NCBI GenBank assembly: GCA_036446955.1
Contig: JAZFTZ010000166.1
Span: forward strand, 1-43,057
DNA from: Thermodesulfobacteriota bacterium
GTDB lineage: Bacteria; Desulfobacterota; JAZFTZ01
Reading direction: 5' to 3'
Length of the DNA stretch: 43,057 nucleotides
Program-made: the position numbers and the translations under genes
Part shown: piece by piece, positions 39,799 to 43,057 of the stretch
Layout of the letters: each line of letters opens with the position of its first letter
Position numbering within the stretch: position 1 is the first letter of the stretch
Notes under the pieces: generated by a model
Database searches by the model: none
Seen by the model: the letters and a program-made list of their open reading frames with translations, nothing else
What the model was told of the DNA's origin: nothing

Positions 39799-40569
39799 GT
39801 GCCGGCAGCAACCAACCAAAGGGCGGCAAACAAGAGAACAAAGAAGACCGGTCACCCAACCAAAAAAATTGTCCGTCGGTGTGCTATTCCTCTTCTGGGT
39901 CTGGCGGTGGCCTTATCTTTTTTCTTCTTCTCTGACCGCCTCAGGGACGCCGCCCATTTCGAAGTCAACGAAATACTGGTGGAGGGCACCTCCAGAGTAT
40001 CTCGGGCGGAGATTTTAAACGCAACCGGGGTCAAGCTGGGCGACGACCTGCTGAAGATAAATCCCCGAGAACTGGAAGGGCGCATTGCCGGTAACCTGTG
40101 GATTGGCGACGTGTTCGTGAGGGTAGTGTTCCCGGATCGATTGGTGATATCGGTTAAAGAGAGAAAGGTGGTCGCGGTGGCGAAAATGGACAGGCTGTTC
40201 TACCTCGACCGGCAGGGAACCATTCTCAAGGAGGTGGAAAAGGGGGAGAGCCTTGACTACCCGATCATAACCGGACTGGATGGCAAGAGCCTCCGGACTC
40301 AACAGATAACGGATGCGCTGGAGTTTCTAAGAGAGTCTGCTAACTTCCCCTTCCCGGCCCGGCAGAACATATCCGAGCTACACGTGAGTAAGGTCCATGG
40401 CATTACTCTCTTCACTATGAATAAAGGAATGGAGATAAGGGTTGGTAAGGGGCAGTACCGGGGAAAGCTCTGGCGATTGAATAAGGTGCGTGAGCTTAGG
40501 CCGCCCCAGTGGAAGACGGCCCGCTATATAGACTTGTCTTTCCCCGAACAAGTAGTTCTTGGACGCTAG
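39799..40569 (+). CDS. ftsQ: Cell division protein FtsQ
   Basis: The ORF has a basic N-terminus, one TM helix and a POTRA-like domain. The start is GTG, and the gene lies before ftsA. Confidence 0.9.
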   Translation: MPAATNQRAANKRTKKTGHPTKKIVRRCAIPLLGLAVALSFFFFSDRLRDAAHFEVNEILVEGTSRVSRAEILNATGVKLGDDLLKINPRELEGRIAGNLWIGDVFVRVVFPDRLVISVKERKVVAVAKMDRLFYLDRQGTILKEVEKGESLDYPIITGLDGKSLRTQQITDALEFLRESANFPFPARQNISELHVSKVHGITLFTMNKGMEIRVGKGQYRGKLWRLNKVRELRPPQWKTARYIDLSFPEQVVLGR

Positions 40570-40574
40570 CCGCG

Positions 40575-41795
40575 ATGGCCAAAGGAAAAAATAGATTTGT
40601 CGGACTGGATGTGGGCACCACCAAGGTTTGTGCCATTATCTGCCAGATGGACCGAGACGGGGTAGACGTTGTGGGGATTGGCTTGCATCCCTGTCAGGGC
40701 ATGCGAGAGGGAACGGTGATAAACATAGAGGGCACCGCTAGATCGATAAAGAAGGCGGTCGAGGATGCCGAGATTATGGCTGGCCACCAGGTCTCCTCGG
40801 TCTACGCCGGCATATCTGGCGGCCATATAAGAAGCTTCAACAGCCACGGAGCTATCGGTATTAAACATAAAGAAATCCTGGCTAAAGACATCTCCAAAGT
40901 AATGGAAACGGCTAAGGCAGTGGCCATCAGCCAAGACCGGGAGGTGTTGCACATCCTTAACCAGGAGTTCATTGTCGATGGCCAGCGGGCCATCAGAGAG
41001 CCATTGGGGATGAGCGGTAGGCGATTGGAGGCTAAGATTCACATCGTTACCGCGGGAACCTGTGCCGCCCAGAACGTGGTCAGGTGTGTAAACAAAGCCG
41101 GCCTGGAGGTCAAGGAGATCGTGCTTCAGTCCCTGGCAGCCAGCCAAGCTGTCCTCGGTGTCGCGGAGATGGACCTGGGTGTGGGGCTGATAGACATCGG
41201 TGGGGGCACAACCGATCTGGCCGTTTTCCACCGGGGCAGCCTGGTGCACACCGCCGTCTTACCCCTGGGCGGTAACCACATAACGTCAGATATAGCCATC
41301 GGACTGAGAACATCAGCCGAGGAAGCCGAACGAATAAAGAAGAGATTTGGCTGCGCCTTGGCCGGCTTGTCTGACATGAGCAATATTATCGAACTGGTTA
41401 CCCTGGGAGAGCGTGCCACTAAGACCATCTCCCAGAAGCTGTTGGCCGAGATCATCGAGGCCAGAGCCGAGGAGATATTGGAACTGGCTCACCAGGAGAT
41501 AGTCGGCGCCGGGCTCGAGGAGAAGATGACCGCCGGGCTGGTGCTGACCGGTGGCTCAGCCCAGCTGGATGGAATGACTGAACTGGCAGAGATGGTATTT
41601 GGCCTGCGCGCTCGGGTGGGAATCCCAGGTGGCGTGGGTGGACTGGTGAGTGAAGTCCTCACTCCGGTATATGCCACCGGGGTCGGCTTGGTCCTCTATG
41701 GATATGACCAGGAGGCTTACGCTGAGAACGAAGAAAATGGTTCCTGGCTTAAAGGCCTGAGTAGGAGATTAAGATACTGGCTGACTGACTTCTAG
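40575..41795 (+). CDS. ftsA: Cell division protein FtsA
   Basis: The start was trimmed to ATG 40575 (MAKGKNRFVGLDVGTTKV). A C-terminal amphipathic helix (WLKGLSRRLRYWLTDF) is present. Confidence 0.95.
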   Translation: MAKGKNRFVGLDVGTTKVCAIICQMDRDGVDVVGIGLHPCQGMREGTVINIEGTARSIKKAVEDAEIMAGHQVSSVYAGISGGHIRSFNSHGAIGIKHKEILAKDISKVMETAKAVAISQDREVLHILNQEFIVDGQRAIREPLGMSGRRLEAKIHIVTAGTCAAQNVVRCVNKAGLEVKEIVLQSLAASQAVLGVAEMDLGVGLIDIGGGTTDLAVFHRGSLVHTAVLPLGGNHITSDIAIGLRTSAEEAERIKKRFGCALAGLSDMSNIIELVTLGERATKTISQKLLAEIIEARAEEILELAHQEIVGAGLEEKMTAGLVLTGGSAQLDGMTELAEMVFGLRARVGIPGGVGGLVSEVLTPVYATGVGLVLYGYDQEAYAENEENGSWLKGLSRRLRYWLTDF

Positions 41796-41813
41796 ACTTG
41801 TCGAGGAGGTATT

Positions 41814-42932
41814 ATGAAGCTGATGTTCGAAGAATGGACCGGCGAACGGGCTAAGATGAAAGTAATCGGGGTCGGTGGTGGTGGTGGTAACGCGGTTAAT
41901 ACCATGATAGCCGCGGGCCTCCAAGGGATAGACTTTATCGTGGCCAATACTGATGGCCAAGCTCTTCGCTCCTCAATGGCCCCGATAAAGGTGCAAATGG
42001 GTCTTGAGATCACCAAGGGTCTGGGCGCGGGTGCCTGTCCGGAGACCGGCCGGAACGCGGCCGCCGAAGCCAAGGAACAGATTCGAGAGGTGCTAACTGG
42101 CGCTGATATGGTCTTCATCACTGCCGGCCTGGGAGGGGGCACTGGCACCGGAGGGGCCCCTATTATAGCCCAGGTGGCCCGAGATACTGGCGCCTTGACC
42201 ATAGCGGTGATAACCAAACCTTTCGCCTTCGAGGGCCGAAAAAGACAAAAACAGGCCGAGGCGGGATTGGCCGCACTGAGAAAGAGCGTGGATACCATCG
42301 TTACCGTACCCAACGAGAGGCTCCTCTCCTGCACTGACAGGTGCATACCTATCCTGGATGCCTTTAAGCTCGCTGACCAAATCCTGCTGCAAGGGGTGAA
42401 AGGGATTGTCGACCTGATCACTCAACCGGGCCTGATTAACCTCGATTTCGCCGACGTTAGGACGGTCATGACCGATATGGGACTTGCCCTGCTGGGGACC
42501 GGCTCGGCCAAGGGAGAGGACCGGGCTATTCAAGCCTCCCGGGCAGCAATTGCCTGTCCATTGTTGGAGGATGTAACTTTGCAAGGGGCTAAAGGAGTGT
42601 TGATAAACATCTCCGGCTCCTCTAATCTCACCCTCCACGAGGTGTCGGCCGCGGCCTCTCTGGTGCACGATCAAGCCCACCAGGAGGCTAACATCATCTT
42701 CGGCGCGGTCATTGACGAAACTCTGGCCGATGAGGTCAGAGTTACCGTAATAGCCACCGGCTTCGGCGCCCCGGCGGAACCAGCGGTAACCAAGGAACCC
42801 GTCCCCTCCCGGCAGCCGGACCTGGACGTCCCCGCTTTCCTGAGAAAGGAGAGGCTGCTGGAAAGGCCGCGGGCACAAGCGGAAGAAACGTCTTATCGTC
42901 TGCCCACCTTGTTAAGAAAAGCGGTTGACTAG
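41814..42932 (+). CDS. ftsZ: Cell division GTPase FtsZ
   Basis: The motifs GVGGGGGNAVN and GGGTGTG are present. The C-terminal peptide DVPAFLRK is followed by an extra tail, and a GAGGAGG RBS precedes the gene. Confidence 0.97.
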   Translation: MKLMFEEWTGERAKMKVIGVGGGGGNAVNTMIAAGLQGIDFIVANTDGQALRSSMAPIKVQMGLEITKGLGAGACPETGRNAAAEAKEQIREVLTGADMVFITAGLGGGTGTGGAPIIAQVARDTGALTIAVITKPFAFEGRKRQKQAEAGLAALRKSVDTIVTVPNERLLSCTDRCIPILDAFKLADQILLQGVKGIVDLITQPGLINLDFADVRTVMTDMGLALLGTGSAKGEDRAIQASRAAIACPLLEDVTLQGAKGVLINISGSSNLTLHEVSAAASLVHDQAHQEANIIFGAVIDETLADEVRVTVIATGFGAPAEPAVTKEPVPSRQPDLDVPAFLRKERLLERPRAQAEETSYRLPTLLRKAVD

Positions 42933-42976
42933 GCAAAAAGCCTTATCCTATGATAACTTTTAAAGAGGCAGAGTTA

Positions 42977-43005
42977 ACCGGGCTTTTTTGCCTGAAAAAC
43001 CCGGT
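42977..43005 (+). terminator. Hairpin after ftsZ (ACCGGG-C-TTTTT / AAAAA-CCCGGT, 6-nt loop) followed by a T-rich stretch
   Basis: The hairpin was read directly. It lies 45 nt after the ftsZ stop at the end of the dcw cluster. Confidence 0.5.
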
Positions 43006-43057
43006 GTATCTTCTTTGGGCAGGGTTATAATAACCCGATGAACCAGGACCAAGTCCT

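Noticed and set aside
40566-42878. Long minus-strand ORFs (227, 209 and 261 aa) across ftsA and ftsZ.
   Set aside because: They are antisense to universally conserved ftsA and ftsZ. Their sequences are Pro/Arg/Gly/Ser-rich and show no recognisable domain.
43026-43057. TATAAT at 43026-43031 followed 6 nt later by ATG (43038) at the window edge; considered as a possible leaderless gene start.
   Set aside because: Only 20 nt of ORF are visible, and there is no -35 or TG extension. The call cannot be supported from this window.
1-43057. Searched by eye for tRNA, rRNA, tmRNA, SRP RNA, RNase P and CRISPR arrays.
   Set aside because: No T-loop GGTTCGAATCC-type motifs, no rRNA-like segments, and no regularly spaced direct repeats were found. 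The only repeats are the dispersed intergenic palindromes and hairpins reported above.

Overview
This is a 43-kb bacterial chromosomal segment, moderately GC-rich by eye, with anaerobe-type redox gene content. The taxon cannot be assigned from this window alone. RIGHT 18 kb (25.0-42.9 kb, + strand): a complete, canonical, tightly packed dcw cluster, mraZ-rsmH-ftsL-ftsI-murE-murF-mraY-murD-ftsW-murG-murC-murB-ddl-ftsQ-ftsA-ftsZ. It is preceded by a near-consensus sigma70 promoter and three 10-bp-phased GTGGN boxes (MraZ-operator-like). LEFT 25 kb: a mosaic of redox and metabolic genes. These include a YyaL-type thioredoxin-domain protein with a SufR-like regulator, divergent from a rubrerythrin-like gene; an Hsp20 gene behind a sigma54 promoter; and an archaeal-type CTP-dependent riboflavin kinase coupled to a HAD phosphatase. 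Further genes are an orphan ABC substrate-binding protein, a THEP1 NTPase, an MBL hydrolase, and a LarA-like gene followed by hyuA-hyuB. A four-subunit 2-oxoacid:ferredoxin oxidoreductase operon has its delta subunit fused to a GltD-like NAD(P)H flavoprotein. The remainder comprises a four-gene operon (two geranylgeranyl-reductase-like flavoproteins, GNAT, glutaredoxin-like protein), an IS3 relic, a stand-alone molybdopterin hydroxylase large subunit, and an M48 lipoprotein peptidase. Most notable signals: (1) The glutaredoxin-like ORF ends at a TGA followed in frame by two codons and TAG, with a 7-bp GGGU-loop hairpin starting 11 nt after the TGA, so it is probably a C-terminal U-x-x-stop selenoprotein truncated by the ORF track. 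(2) A dispersed, highly similar intergenic repeat family (palindromic core plus GC-hairpin module) has at least 7 copies. Two copies in inverted orientation bracket the 3.2-kb segment that holds the IS relic and the orphan Mo-enzyme gene. (3) The GltD-PorD fusion. (4) An archaeal ribK in a bacterial context. No rRNA, tRNA or CRISPR array was recognised. Several ORF-track entries were trimmed to internal starts supported by RBS or overlap geometry. Many long antisense ORFs are treated as shadow ORFs.
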